Assembly (NCBI GenBank): GCA_963810065.1
Contig: CAWELX010000007.1
Location: 1,170,154 to 1,234,153, forward strand
DNA from: an uncultured Chloroflexia bacterium
GTDB taxonomy: Bacteria; Chloroflexota; Limnocylindria; Limnocylindrales; CSP1-4
DNA: 64,000 bases
Reading direction: 5' to 3'
The notes below the pieces were generated by a model. The model made no database searches. It had not been told where the DNA came from and saw only the letters and a program-made list of their open reading frames with translations. The position numbers and the translations under genes are program-made. Of this stretch, positions 9,821 to 19,174 are shown one piece after another. Every line of letters starts with the position of its first letter. Within the stretch, counting starts at the first letter, position 1.

Positions 9821-10126
9821 TCAGTCGTCTCCTTCGTTCTCGTTCTCGTTCTCGTTCTCGCCGCCGCCCGCGACGACCTTGTGGACGACGACGACCGGAG
9901 CCGGAGGCGCCGTCGGGGTCTCCTGGTAGACGGTGGTGACCTGCGTCCCGGCCGGCGGCGGGGGATCCGCCGGGAGCGCCATGACCGCGACGGTCTCGGG
10001 GGCGGCCGGCGTGGCCGGGCCCCCGAGACCGGCGGCGGCGCCCAGGGTGAGCGCCGCCGCCAGCCCCGCCACGACGATCGCGGAGCGCCGTGGTCCCGTG
10101 CGGCGAGAGGGGTTCGAAACCTGCAT
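9821..10126 (-). CDS. Small secreted Pro/Thr-rich protein with a C-terminal (EN)4 repeat
   Basis: 101-aa ORF. ..AIVVAGLAAALTLGAAAGLGGPATPAAPETVAVMALPADPPPPAGTQVTTVYQETPTAPPAPVVVVHKVVAGGGENENENENEGDD. Composition resembles the neighbouring small protein. It is the first gene after the promoter region shared divergently with the RR/HK pair. Confidence 0.35.
   Translation of the reverse strand: MQVSNPSRRTGPRRSAIVVAGLAAALTLGAAAGLGGPATPAAPETVAVMALPADPPPPAGTQVTTVYQETPTAPPAPVVVVHKVVAGGGENENENENEGDD
9836..9859. repeat. Hexanucleotide tandem repeat (gttctc)x4, encoding ENENENEN on the minus strand
   Basis: Direct reading of gttctcgttctcgttctcgttctc at 9836-9859. Confidence 0.8.
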
Positions 10127-10300
10127 TGGTGGCTCCAGTGGTGCTGCGGCAGGCCGTGGGCTCCGCCGCGTGAAGGTTCGGGTGACGATGGCCGCATGGT
10201 CGCCCCGGCCGATGAGGCCCGCGTGTGCCGTTCATGTGGGATCGCACAGGAAGGCCGCCCGGCCGTTGACGCGGGCCGGGCCGACCGGGAGGATGGGGGC

Positions 10301-10981
10301 ATGCGCATCCTGGTGGTCGAGGACGAGCCCAAGATGGGAGCGCTCGTCCAGCGTGTCCTGACCTCGGAGCGCCACGTCGTGGATCTCGCTCCCGATGCCG
10401 TGGCCGCCCTCGGCCTTGCCGCGCCGGGCGGCGAGCCGTACGACGTGCTGGTCCTCGATCGGATGCTTCCCGACCTGGATGGCCTCGAGCTGCTCCGCGT
10501 GCTCCGCAGCCGCGGCGTGACGACGCCCGCCCTGATGCTCACCGCCCTGGGCGCCGTGGAAGAGCGCGTCGCCGGACTCGACGCTGGCGCGGACGACTAC
10601 CTCGCCAAGCCGTTCTCCTTCGCCGAGCTCCTGGCCCGTGTCCGCGCCCTTGGGCGGAGGGCGGCCACGCCCACCGCCCGACACCTGGCCGTCGGGGACC
10701 TGGAGCTGGACGAGGAGCGCCACGTGGCACGCGTCGGGGACCGCATGGTGGACCTGTCGGCCCGCGAGTTCGCGCTCCTCGCCTACCTCATCCGGAACGA
10801 GGGCCGCGTGGTGAGCCGCCGCCAGATCCTCGACGCGGTCTGGGGCGCGGAGCCGGACGTCTACTCCAACGTGGTCGACCTGTACGTCTCGTACTGCCGG
10901 CGCAAGCTCGCAGAGCTGGGTCGGGCCGGGCTCCTGCACACCGTCCGGGGCGTCGGCTACACGCTCCGCGAGACCGCGTGA
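10301..10981 (+). CDS. OmpR/PhoB-family two-component response regulator
   Basis: ATG at 10301 with GGGAGG 9 nt upstream. MRILVVEDEPKMGALV...DVLVLDRMLPDLDG (receiver with the phospho-Asp context), then a winged-helix trans_reg_C (..RVVSRRQILDAVWG...VVDLYVSYCRRKL..VRGVGY). The stop overlaps the HK start (ATGA). Confidence 0.9.
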   Translation: MRILVVEDEPKMGALVQRVLTSERHVVDLAPDAVAALGLAAPGGEPYDVLVLDRMLPDLDGLELLRVLRSRGVTTPALMLTALGAVEERVAGLDAGADDYLAKPFSFAELLARVRALGRRAATPTARHLAVGDLELDEERHVARVGDRMVDLSAREFALLAYLIRNEGRVVSRRQILDAVWGAEPDVYSNVVDLYVSYCRRKLAELGRAGLLHTVRGVGYTLRETA

Positions 10982-12276
10982 GCAGCTCGCGGTCATCGTC
11001 CCCGGCGCCGGCCGACCCGCTGCTGACCGCGACGCGCCGGCGCCTCGCGATCACGACGATGGCGCTCATCGGGATGCTCGTCCTCGTTCTCGGGGTCGCG
11101 TCGGTGTTCTTCGGCCTGCGGGCGCTGGACAACGGCGTGGACCAGGCGCTCCACCAGGCGGTCACGGCGGAGGCCCAGCGCCTGGAGGGCGAGATGCCGG
11201 CACCCGGCGGGGACGAGGGCGACGAGCATGCGCCGCAGGGCTCCGACACGTTCTTCCTCGTCCTCGACTCCCAGGGCCAGCTGGTCTCGAACCCGTCCAA
11301 CGTCCCGCTCGGCGGCCTCCCCGAGGAGGCCGCGGTCGAAGGTGCCCGGACCTCCGGCAGCGACGTTCGCACGGTTGAGGCCCAGGTCGGCCCGGTCCGC
11401 CTGGAGACCGTGCCGATCGGCTCCGCCTCGGCGCCACAGGGCTGGGTCCAGGCCGGCTACGTCCTCACCGTGCACGAGACCCAGTCCCGCGAGCTGGTCG
11501 CGGCGATCGTCATCGTGGGCCTGCTGGGGCTCCTCGGCGCTGCCCTGGTCACGCTCTGGATCACCGGGCGCGCGCTCGTTCCCATCCGCCAGGCGTTCGC
11601 CACGGAGCGCCGCTTCGTGGCCGACGCGTCGCACGAGATCCGCACCCCGACGGCCATCATCCGGGCCTCGGCGGAGGTGCTCCAGCGCGAGGAGCTCGTG
11701 CGACCGGAAGGACGTGACCTGGCGGAGGACATCGTCTCGGAGGCCGACCGCCTTGGCCGCCTGGTGGAGGAGCTGCTCGCGCTCGCGGCGTCCGAGCGCG
11801 GAACGCTGGCCGTCGATCGCCGTCCCACGGACCTCGTGGAGGTTGCCGCGGCCACGGTTCGCCGCGCCGGTCCGCTGGCCGCCGAGCAGGACCTCGTCCT
11901 CGACGGGCCCGCTGGAACGGTCCCGCCGCTGCCGGTGCTGGCCGATCCCGACCGGCTGGTCCAGCTCCTGCTCGTCCTCCTCGACAATGCCTTCCGGGTC
12001 TCGCCCCCGGGCGGCCACGTGACGGTGTCGGTGGCGCAGGTGGGACGTCGCGCGCAGGTGGCGGTCAGCGACGATGGCCCTGGCGTTCCCGCGGACCAGC
12101 GCGAGCGGATCTTCGAGCCGTTCGCCCGTCTCGCGGATCGCCGGCGCGAGGGCCGTGGAAGTGGCCTCGGGCTGGCGATCGCGCGCCGCCTGGCCGTGCT
12201 CCACGGGGGCACGCTCAGCGTCGGCGATGCGCCCGGCGGCGGCGCGCGGTTCGTCCTGGAGATCCCGCTCCGCTGA
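10978..12276 (+). CDS. Sensor histidine kinase (2 TM, HAMP-less periplasmic sensor, HisKA + HATPase_c)
   Basis: 432 aa. The H-box is FVADASHEIRTPTAII, the N/G boxes are LDNAFRVSPPGG...SDDGPGVP...GRGSGLGLAIARRL, and there are two hydrophobic segments. Confidence 0.85.
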   Translation: MSSSRSSSPAPADPLLTATRRRLAITTMALIGMLVLVLGVASVFFGLRALDNGVDQALHQAVTAEAQRLEGEMPAPGGDEGDEHAPQGSDTFFLVLDSQGQLVSNPSNVPLGGLPEEAAVEGARTSGSDVRTVEAQVGPVRLETVPIGSASAPQGWVQAGYVLTVHETQSRELVAAIVIVGLLGLLGAALVTLWITGRALVPIRQAFATERRFVADASHEIRTPTAIIRASAEVLQREELVRPEGRDLAEDIVSEADRLGRLVEELLALAASERGTLAVDRRPTDLVEVAAATVRRAGPLAAEQDLVLDGPAGTVPPLPVLADPDRLVQLLLVLLDNAFRVSPPGGHVTVSVAQVGRRAQVAVSDDGPGVPADQRERIFEPFARLADRRREGRGSGLGLAIARRLAVLHGGTLSVGDAPGGGARFVLEIPLR

Positions 12277-12329
12277 GTGGGCGTGGCACATCCGCGGCGG
12301 GCGGGCACGCGAAACCCGGGGTAGCATGC

Positions 12330-12353
12330 AACCGACCGACCAGTCGGTCGGTT
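12330..12353. promoter_or_regulatory. Perfect 11-3-11 palindrome AACCGACCGAC-CAG-GTCGGTCGGTT, a candidate TetR operator, immediately downstream of a TAGCAT (-10-like, 12321-12326) element
   Basis: Direct reading. It sits 43 bp upstream of the TetR-domain gene start at 12396, the classic autoregulatory position for TetR-family repressors. Confidence 0.6.
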
Positions 12354-12395
12354 TTCGGGCGCGACGCCCGACACAGGAGCCAGGCCGGCCCAGAG

Positions 12396-14540
12396 ATGAC
12401 GACGGACAAGCAGACGCCGCCGGACAGGCGCACGACGGCCCAGGCCGAGAAGAGCCGCACGCGCCGCGAGCAGATCCTCGACGCCGCCTTCAACACGTTC
12501 GCCCGGCGCGGCTACCGCGACACGGCGGTCGACGACATCGCCGCCGCCGCCGACACGTCCAAGGGCGGGGTCTACTTCCACTTCGCCACCAAGGAGGCGA
12601 TCTTCCGGGAGCTCATGCGCTCCACGGCGGATCGCCTGGCGGCGAAGGTGGACCGCGCCGTGGCGGCCGAGACCGACCCGATCGCGAAGGCCGAGGCGGC
12701 GCTCCACGCCGTCCTGGCGACGTTCGCCGGGCACCGCACGATGGCGCGCCTGCTCTTCCTGGACGCGCTGGGCGCCGGCCGCGCGTTCAACGCCGAGACA
12801 AACGAGCTGCATGACCGCTTCGCGCGGCTCATCGCGGGCTACCTCGACGAGGCGGTGGCCGACGGCTCCATCCCGCCGATCGACACGGCGATCACCGGCG
12901 TCGCCTGGTTCGGCGCCCTGAACGAGGTCGTCGCGCGCTGGCTGCTGGCCGAAGACCCGGGGCTCCTGGAGGACGCCTACCCGACGCTCCGCGACCTGCT
13001 CCTCCGCAGCGTCGGGGTCCCCGAGGCGCGGATCGGCGCCGGCTTCGGACCGCGGCGGATCGGCGGGATCGGCGCGATGACGGTGATCGACCGGCCCGAC
13101 CTCGCCGCCGGCGAGGCGGACCTCGCCGCGGCGATCCGGGCGACGGGCGAGTCCCTCCCGGGGCGGCTGCGCGTGGCCACCCTCGCGGTCGCCGACCTGG
13201 ATCCGCTCGCCCTCTTCGCCGCGGCTCGCGAGGCCGACCTCGAGGCGGCGCTCTGGCTCCAGCCGGTCGAAGGGTTCGCGCTCGTGGCGATCGGTCGAGC
13301 GTGGGCCGTGGAGGCCGAGGGGCCCGACCGGTTCGCGACGGCCGCGCGCGCCTGGGCCGAGGTGCTGGAGGAGGCGACCCTGGGTGGCCTCGCCGGCGCC
13401 CCCGGCGGCCTCGCGGCCCTGCCCCGTGGCGCGGGGCCCGTGCTGCTCGGCGGGCTCGGCTTCGGCGGGGGCGTGCCCGCCGCCGGCGGACCGTGGGCGC
13501 CGTTCGGGGCGTCCTCGCTGGTGCTGCCTGCCCTGGCCTTCGCCCGCACCGGGTCCGGGACGTTCGTGACGGCCGCCCTGGCCGGCGACGAGCCAACCCA
13601 GCCGCGGGTCCTGGCCCGGCACTGGGACACGCTGGCGGCACGCGCCCTCGAGCTTGCCCCGGCCCCGGGTGCCCTGGTCGCCCGGCCGGCCGGCGCCCCC
13701 CTCGTGGTCACCGGCGAGCAGCCGGACCGCCTGCACTGGGACCGGCTTGTCGGCCTCTTCGCCGGGGCCGTCGGCCGGGGCCGGCTCGACAAGGTGGTGC
13801 TCGCCCGCCAGGTCGGCATCCGCTCGCCCCTGGAGCTGGACCCGCTCAACGCCCTGCGTCGACTGGCGGCCGCGGGTCCCGAGAGCACGACCTTCGCCTT
13901 CGTCCGGGGCGGCGTCACGTTCCTGGGGGCAACGCCCGAGCGTCTCGCACGGACCGAGGGAAGGGCCTTCCGCACCGTCGCAATCGCCGGCTCCGCGCCG
14001 CGGGGCGTCGACGCCGACGACGATGCCCGGCTGGCCGCAGGCCTCCTCGCCAGCGACAAGGATCGCGAGGAGCACGCCGTGGTCGTGGCCATGCTCCGCG
14101 ATTCGCTCGGTCCCATCGTGGAGCGGCTCGACGTGGCCCCGGAGCCCGGAATCCTGGCGCTGCGCCACGTCCAGCACCTCGTCACCCCCATGGAGGGGCT
14201 GCTCCGCGAGGAGACCGGGATCCTTGCCCTGGCCGAGCGACTCCATCCGACTCCGGCCGTCGGCGGCGAGCCCCGCGGAGCCGCGCTGGACCTCATCGCC
14301 GAGCACGAGGGCTTCGACCGGGGTTGGTATGCCGGCCCCGTCGGCTGGCTGGGGGCCGACGGTGACGGTGAGCTCATGGTCGCGCTGCGCTGCGGGCTGG
14401 TCGACGGGCAGCGGGCGACGCTCTTCGCCGGCTGCGGCATCGTGGCCGACTCCGATCCAGCCCGCGAGTGGGAGGAGTCCCGGATCAAGCTGCGTCCCGT
14501 CGCCTCGGCCCTGGGGCGCCTGGAGGACGGTGAGGCGTGA
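12396..14540 (+). CDS. menF: TetR-family DNA-binding domain (aa 1-~205) fused in-frame to isochorismate synthase MenF (aa ~228-714)
   Basis: Single 714-aa ORF. The N-terminus has a TetR HTH (RREQILDAAFNTFARRGYRDTAVDDIAAAADTSKGGVYFHFATKEAIF) plus the TetR C-domain. After the linker RIGAGFGPRRIGGIGA comes MTVIDRPDLAAGE... with chorismate-binding hallmarks (..TFAFVRGGVTFLGATPERL..., ..MVALRCGLVDGQRATLFAGCGIVADSDPAREWEE). There is no stop codon between the two modules in this sequence. Confidence 0.75.
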   Translation: MTTDKQTPPDRRTTAQAEKSRTRREQILDAAFNTFARRGYRDTAVDDIAAAADTSKGGVYFHFATKEAIFRELMRSTADRLAAKVDRAVAAETDPIAKAEAALHAVLATFAGHRTMARLLFLDALGAGRAFNAETNELHDRFARLIAGYLDEAVADGSIPPIDTAITGVAWFGALNEVVARWLLAEDPGLLEDAYPTLRDLLLRSVGVPEARIGAGFGPRRIGGIGAMTVIDRPDLAAGEADLAAAIRATGESLPGRLRVATLAVADLDPLALFAAAREADLEAALWLQPVEGFALVAIGRAWAVEAEGPDRFATAARAWAEVLEEATLGGLAGAPGGLAALPRGAGPVLLGGLGFGGGVPAAGGPWAPFGASSLVLPALAFARTGSGTFVTAALAGDEPTQPRVLARHWDTLAARALELAPAPGALVARPAGAPLVVTGEQPDRLHWDRLVGLFAGAVGRGRLDKVVLARQVGIRSPLELDPLNALRRLAAAGPESTTFAFVRGGVTFLGATPERLARTEGRAFRTVAIAGSAPRGVDADDDARLAAGLLASDKDREEHAVVVAMLRDSLGPIVERLDVAPEPGILALRHVQHLVTPMEGLLREETGILALAERLHPTPAVGGEPRGAALDLIAEHEGFDRGWYAGPVGWLGADGDGELMVALRCGLVDGQRATLFAGCGIVADSDPAREWEESRIKLRPVASALGRLEDGEA

Positions 14541-16465
14541 CCGACACGACGGCGCTGCGCGGCTTCGTGGACGAGCTGGTCCAGGCCGGGATCGCCGACG
14601 CGATCGTCTGCCCCGGCTCCCGGTCGACGCCGCTCGCGCTGGCCCTGCGCGCCCATCCCGGGGTCCGGGTGCGCGTCCTCCTCGATGAGCGGAGCGCCGG
14701 CTTCTTGGCGCTGGGGATGGCGAAGGCCGCCCGGCGGCCGGTGGCCGTCCTCACCACGTCGGGCACGGCGGCCGCCAACCTCCTGCCGTCCGTGGTCGAG
14801 GCGTCGCTGGGGCGGGTCCCGCTCGTGGTCCTGACCGCGGACCGGCCGGCGGAGCTGCGCGATCGCGGCGCCCCCCAGGCGATCGACCAGGTCCGCCTCT
14901 TCGGCGCCCACGCGAAGTGGTTCGCGGAGCTGCCGCTCCTCGACGGCGATGACGCCACGCGACGCCACGTTCGGAGCGTTGCGGCGCGCGCCGTGGCTAC
15001 CGCGACGGCAGGCCCGGCCGGCCCCGTCCATCTCAACCTGCCGTTCCGTGAGCCGCTCGTGCCGCGCGGGCCGCTGGGCCCGCTGCCCGGGGAGCCGGCG
15101 AGCGTGGTGCTCACCGGGAGGCGCACGCTCGGCGCCGAAGTGGTCACGGACCTGGCGCTTCGCCTCCGCGCCGTGGAGCGTGGCCTGATCGTGGCGGGTC
15201 CCCAGGACGATCCGGCGCTCCCCGCGGCGCTCGCTCATCTCGCCGCGGTCCTGGGCTGGCCGATCCTGGCGGATCCGCTCTCGCTGGCGCGCTGCGGACC
15301 GCACGACCGGTCCCGGGTGCTGGCACGCGGCGATCAGCTGCTCCGGCCTGGGCCATGGCGCGACGCGCACGTGCCCGCGCTGGTCGTGCGCTTCGGGGCG
15401 ATGCCGACCTCCAAGCCCGTGCTCGTCCTGCTCGAGGAGCACCGCCCGGACCTCGTCGTCGTCGACGGAGACGGGGGCTGGCGCGAGCCCGCGATCGTGC
15501 CGGCGATGATGGTCCACGCCGATGCCACGGCCACCGCCCTGGCGCTCGCCGACGCCGTCGCCGCCGACCAGCAATTCGAGGCAGGCACCGACGCTCGACG
15601 CGCAACTGCCGACGCTCGACGCCCGACTGGCACCGTCGAGAGCCGTTCGGGCGACAGCCCGCGACGAGCCCCGCCGGCTCGCACCAGCCGCTGGCTGGAG
15701 GGCTGGCTGGCTGCGGACCGCACCGCGGATCGGGCGCTCCGTGGGTGGCTCACCGGCGTGACGGAGGCCGGCGTCACGTTCGAGGGCGCGCCGTTCGCCC
15801 TCCTCGCCGACCTCCTCCCCGACGGTGCGATCCTGTGGGCCGGCAGCTCGATGCCGGTGCGTGACATGGACGGCTGGCTCCCCGGGGGTTCGCGGGCGAT
15901 CAGGCCTCTGGCCAACCGCGGCGCGAACGGGATCGACGGCGTGATCTCGTCAGCGCTCGGCGCCGCCGCCACCGGTGCACCGGTGGCGCTCGTGATCGGG
16001 GACGTGGCATTCCTTCACGACCTCGGCGGCCTCGTGGCGGCACGCCTGCACGGCCTGGCGGCGACGATCGTCGTCATCGCCAACGACGGCGGCGGGATCT
16101 TCTCCTTCCTGCCGCAGGCCGCGGCGGTCGCGCCGGAGGTGGGTCTTCCGGCCCACTACGAGGAGCTCTTCGGGACGCCCCACGGCATCGACCTCGGTCC
16201 CCTGGTCGTCGCGCTCGGGGCGGAGCATCGGATCGTGGGACCGGCCGAGCTGGGCTCCGCGCTGGAGGCGTCCCTCGGCGCCCCGGGTGTCCGCGTGCTG
16301 GAGCTCCGCAGCGACCGCGCCCGCAACCTCGAGCTCCACCGCGAGGCGGCGGGCGTTGTCCGGGCCGCCCTCGCCGAGCTGCCGGACGCCGAGCTGCGGG
16401 ATGGCGACCTGCCGGACGCCGGGCCACCGGACGCCGGCGGCGCCGGCGCGGAGCGGATCCCATGA
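14537..16465 (+). CDS. menD: 2-succinyl-5-enolpyruvyl-6-hydroxy-3-cyclohexene-1-carboxylate (SEPHCHC) synthase MenD, ThDP-dependent
   Basis: [37 protein letters not shown]... (ThDP pyrimidine-binding N-domain), ..[40 protein letters not shown] (ThDP-binding GDG...N motif). It holds an Arg-rich insert with a 21-bp direct repeat at ~15590-15640. The start overlaps the menF stop. Confidence 0.85.
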   Translation: MTDTTALRGFVDELVQAGIADAIVCPGSRSTPLALALRAHPGVRVRVLLDERSAGFLALGMAKAARRPVAVLTTSGTAAANLLPSVVEASLGRVPLVVLTADRPAELRDRGAPQAIDQVRLFGAHAKWFAELPLLDGDDATRRHVRSVAARAVATATAGPAGPVHLNLPFREPLVPRGPLGPLPGEPASVVLTGRRTLGAEVVTDLALRLRAVERGLIVAGPQDDPALPAALAHLAAVLGWPILADPLSLARCGPHDRSRVLARGDQLLRPGPWRDAHVPALVVRFGAMPTSKPVLVLLEEHRPDLVVVDGDGGWREPAIVPAMMVHADATATALALADAVAADQQFEAGTDARRATADARRPTGTVESRSGDSPRRAPPARTSRWLEGWLAADRTADRALRGWLTGVTEAGVTFEGAPFALLADLLPDGAILWAGSSMPVRDMDGWLPGGSRAIRPLANRGANGIDGVISSALGAAATGAPVALVIGDVAFLHDLGGLVAARLHGLAATIVVIANDGGGIFSFLPQAAAVAPEVGLPAHYEELFGTPHGIDLGPLVVALGAEHRIVGPAELGSALEASLGAPGVRVLELRSDRARNLELHREAAGVVRAALAELPDAELRDGDLPDAGPPDAGGAGAERIP

Positions 16466-17361
16466 GCGAGCGCCTGCGCCTCCGGGTCGACGGCATGCCG
16501 TGGACGGTGCGGGTTGCGGGGCGGGGCCAGCCCGTCCTGTTCCTGCACGGCTTCTCGGGGAGCGGCCTCGCATGGGCGGGGATCGCGGGGCTCGGCAGCC
16601 GGTTCCGCGCGATCGTGCCGGACCTGCCCGGGCACGGCGGCACGGGCTGGCAGACGGAGGCGGTGCCGGCGGCCGCGGATGCGAAGGCGGCGTCGGACGA
16701 CGGGACTCCGTCCGGTGCGCCGGTGGCCGCCGACGATCGGCCCCGCGCGTCGGTGGAGCGCACCGCGGCGGACCTCGCCACGATCGTGCGGCGCCTCGGC
16801 GCCGAGCGCGTGGACGTCGTCGGCTACTCCCTGGGCGCCCGCATCGCGCTGCGCCTCGCCGTGGACCGTCCGGAGATCGTTCGACGACTGGTCCTGGAGG
16901 CGCCGTCCGCGGGGATCGCCGATCCGGCGGCCCGCGCCGAGCGGATGGCGGCCGACGCGGCCCGGGCGCGGGTTGTCGTGGCCGAGGGGATCGACGCGTT
17001 CGTCGCCCGCTGGGAGTCGGAGCCGGTCCTGGCAGGGGAGGCCGCGCTCGCCCCGGCCGTGCGCCGCCGCCAGACGGCGATTCGGCGCGCCAACGAGCCG
17101 CTGGGCCTCGCGGCGTCGCTCGTGTACGCCGGCCAGGGCGCCATGGAGCCGGTCCACCCGCGCCTCGCCGCGGTGTCGGCGCCGACGCTCGTCGTCATCG
17201 GCGACACCGATCCCGCCCGGGCGCGCGCCGAGGAGGTCGCCGCGGGCATCCCCGGGGCGCGCCTGGCCCTCGTCGCCGGCGCCGGCCACGCTCCGCACCT
17301 CGAACGTCCCGACCGCTTCCACTCCCTCGTCCTGGACTTCCTCACGGAGACCGCCGCATGA
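16462..17361 (+). CDS. menH: Alpha/beta-hydrolase, probable SHCHC synthase MenH
   Basis: [10 protein letters not shown] ... [11 protein letters not shown] (GxSxG nucleophile elbow) ... [11 protein letters not shown]. Its position between menD and menB fits menH. ATGA overlaps on both sides. Confidence 0.7.
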   Translation: MSERLRLRVDGMPWTVRVAGRGQPVLFLHGFSGSGLAWAGIAGLGSRFRAIVPDLPGHGGTGWQTEAVPAAADAKAASDDGTPSGAPVAADDRPRASVERTAADLATIVRRLGAERVDVVGYSLGARIALRLAVDRPEIVRRLVLEAPSAGIADPAARAERMAADAARARVVVAEGIDAFVARWESEPVLAGEAALAPAVRRRQTAIRRANEPLGLAASLVYAGQGAMEPVHPRLAAVSAPTLVVIGDTDPARARAEEVAAGIPGARLALVAGAGHAPHLERPDRFHSLVLDFLTETAA

Positions 17362-18206
17362 CCACGCCCGACCCCGCCCCGTCGCCCGTCGCCTGGACGC
17401 CCGTCCGCGAGTACCGCGACATCCGCTACGAGCACTCCGGCACCGGGATCGCAAAGGTGACGATCGACCGCCCGGAGGTCCGCAACGCGTTCCGGCCGGA
17501 GACCGTGAAGGAGCTGATCGACGCGTTCGCCCGGATCCGCGACGACGCCACGATCGGCTGCGTCCTGCTGACGGGCGCGGGCGACAAGGCCTTCTGCTCG
17601 GGCGGCGACCAGAACTACAAGAGCCACGCCGGCGGCTACGTCGGCGAGGACGGCGTCGCCCGCCTCAACGTCCTCGACCTGCAGCGCCAGATCCGCTCGC
17701 TGCCGGTCCCGGTCATCGCCCTGGTCAACGGCTACGCGATCGGCGGCGGCCACGTCCTCCACGTCGTCTGCGATCTCTCGATCGCCGGCGAGAACGCGAT
17801 CTTCGGGCAGGTCGGCCCGCGCGTGGGCTCCTTCGACGCGGGCTACGGGATCGGCCTCCTGGCGCGACTCGTCGGCGACAAGAAGGCCAAGGAGATCTGG
17901 TTCCTGTGCCGCCAGTACACGGCGGACGAGGCGGCCGCGATGGGCCTCGTCAACAAGGTCGTGCCGCCGGCGGAGCTCGAAGCCGAGGGTGTCGCCTGGG
18001 CCGAGGAGATCCTGTCGATGAGCCCGACCGCGATCCGCTTCCTGAAGTCGGCGTTCCTCGTGGCCACCGACGGCCTGGCCGGGCTCCAGGAGTTCGCCGG
18101 CAACACGACCGGCCTGTACTACACCACCGACGAGGCGCACGAGGGGTCGCGCGCCTTCCTCGACAAGCGCCAGCCGGACTTCACGAAGTTCCCCCGTCGG
18201 CCGTGA
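17358..18206 (+). CDS. menB: 1,4-dihydroxy-2-naphthoyl-CoA synthase MenB (crotonase fold)
   Basis: ..[92 protein letters not shown] is a near-canonical MenB sequence. Confidence 0.9.
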   Translation: MTTPDPAPSPVAWTPVREYRDIRYEHSGTGIAKVTIDRPEVRNAFRPETVKELIDAFARIRDDATIGCVLLTGAGDKAFCSGGDQNYKSHAGGYVGEDGVARLNVLDLQRQIRSLPVPVIALVNGYAIGGGHVLHVVCDLSIAGENAIFGQVGPRVGSFDAGYGIGLLARLVGDKKAKEIWFLCRQYTADEAAAMGLVNKVVPPAELEAEGVAWAEEILSMSPTAIRFLKSAFLVATDGLAGLQEFAGNTTGLYYTTDEAHEGSRAFLDKRQPDFTKFPRRP

Positions 18207-19174
18207 TCGAGCCCATCCCGCCGCAGGTCACCTCGCCGCCCCCGCCGTCACGCCTGCGGGTGTGGCTCCTGGCGATCCGGCCCGCGACGCTCCCGGCGGC
18301 CGCATCGGGGGTCGTGGTCGGGATCGGCGCGGCGCTGGCGATCGGGACCCAGCTCCGACTCGACACGGCGCTCGGGTGCCTTGCCGTCGCCCTCCTGCTG
18401 CAGGTGCTGGCGAACCTTGCGAACGACCTCTCGGATTTCAGGAAGGGGGCCGACACGCCCGACCGCGCCGGCCCGACGCGGGTCGCGGCCGCCGGGCTCG
18501 TCTCGGAGCGCCAGCTGGAGCTGGCGATCGGGGTCGTGATCGGCCTGGCGGGCCTCGTCGGGCTCTGGCTGGTCGCCGTCGGCGGGCCGGTCCTGCTGGC
18601 ACTCGGCGCCCTCGCGATCATCGCCGCCCTGGCCTACACCGGCGGCCCCTTCCCGTACGGCTACCGGGCCCTTGGCGACGTGTTCGTCTTCATCTTCTTC
18701 GGGCTGGTGGCCGTGGTGGGCACGGCCTACCTCCAGGCGCTGCGGCTCAACCCGCTCTTCTTCGTCGCGGCGATCCCGGTGGGCGCGCTGACGACCGCCA
18801 TCCTGGTCGTCAACAACCTGCGCGACATCCCGACCGACACGGCAACCGGCAAGCGAACCCTCGCCGTCGTGCTCGGTCGCCGGCGCACCGCGCTCGAGTA
18901 CGCGCTCCTGCTGGGAGTTGCGTTCGCGGTGCCGGCAAGCCTGGCCGCGTTCGGGCTCGCGGCGGGCGGCGGCTTCCCGGCCCTTGCCCAGGGGCTCCCG
19001 CTGCTCACCCTGCCGCTGGCAATCCCGCTGCTGCGGACGGTCCGCGACTTCGAGGCGCCCCGCGAGCTCAACGCCGCGCTCAAGGGGACCGCCCGCCTGG
19101 CGCTCTGGTTCGGGCTCCTGTTTGCGCTGGGGCTCGCCCTCGTCGGGCTCCGTCCGGGCGGGGGCCCGGCATGA
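18203..19174 (+). CDS. menA: 1,4-dihydroxy-2-naphthoate polyprenyltransferase MenA (UbiA superfamily)
   Basis: The GTG start overlaps the menB stop (GTGA). It is multi-TM, with the UbiA Asp-rich motif [11 protein letters not shown] and a second motif [19 protein letters not shown]. Confidence 0.85.
   Translation: MIEPIPPQVTSPPPPSRLRVWLLAIRPATLPAAASGVVVGIGAALAIGTQLRLDTALGCLAVALLLQVLANLANDLSDFRKGADTPDRAGPTRVAAAGLVSERQLELAIGVVIGLAGLVGLWLVAVGGPVLLALGALAIIAALAYTGGPFPYGYRALGDVFVFIFFGLVAVVGTAYLQALRLNPLFFVAAIPVGALTTAILVVNNLRDIPTDTATGKRTLAVVLGRRRTALEYALLLGVAFAVPASLAAFGLAAGGGFPALAQGLPLLTLPLAIPLLRTVRDFEAPRELNAALKGTARLALWFGLLFALGLALVGLRPGGGPA

Noticed and set aside
11457-15574. 949-aa and 865-aa minus-strand ORFs (11457..14306, 12977..15574)
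   Set aside because: They lie antisense to the HK, TetR-menF and menD genes, have Arg/Pro/Ser-biased composition and no recognisable motifs.
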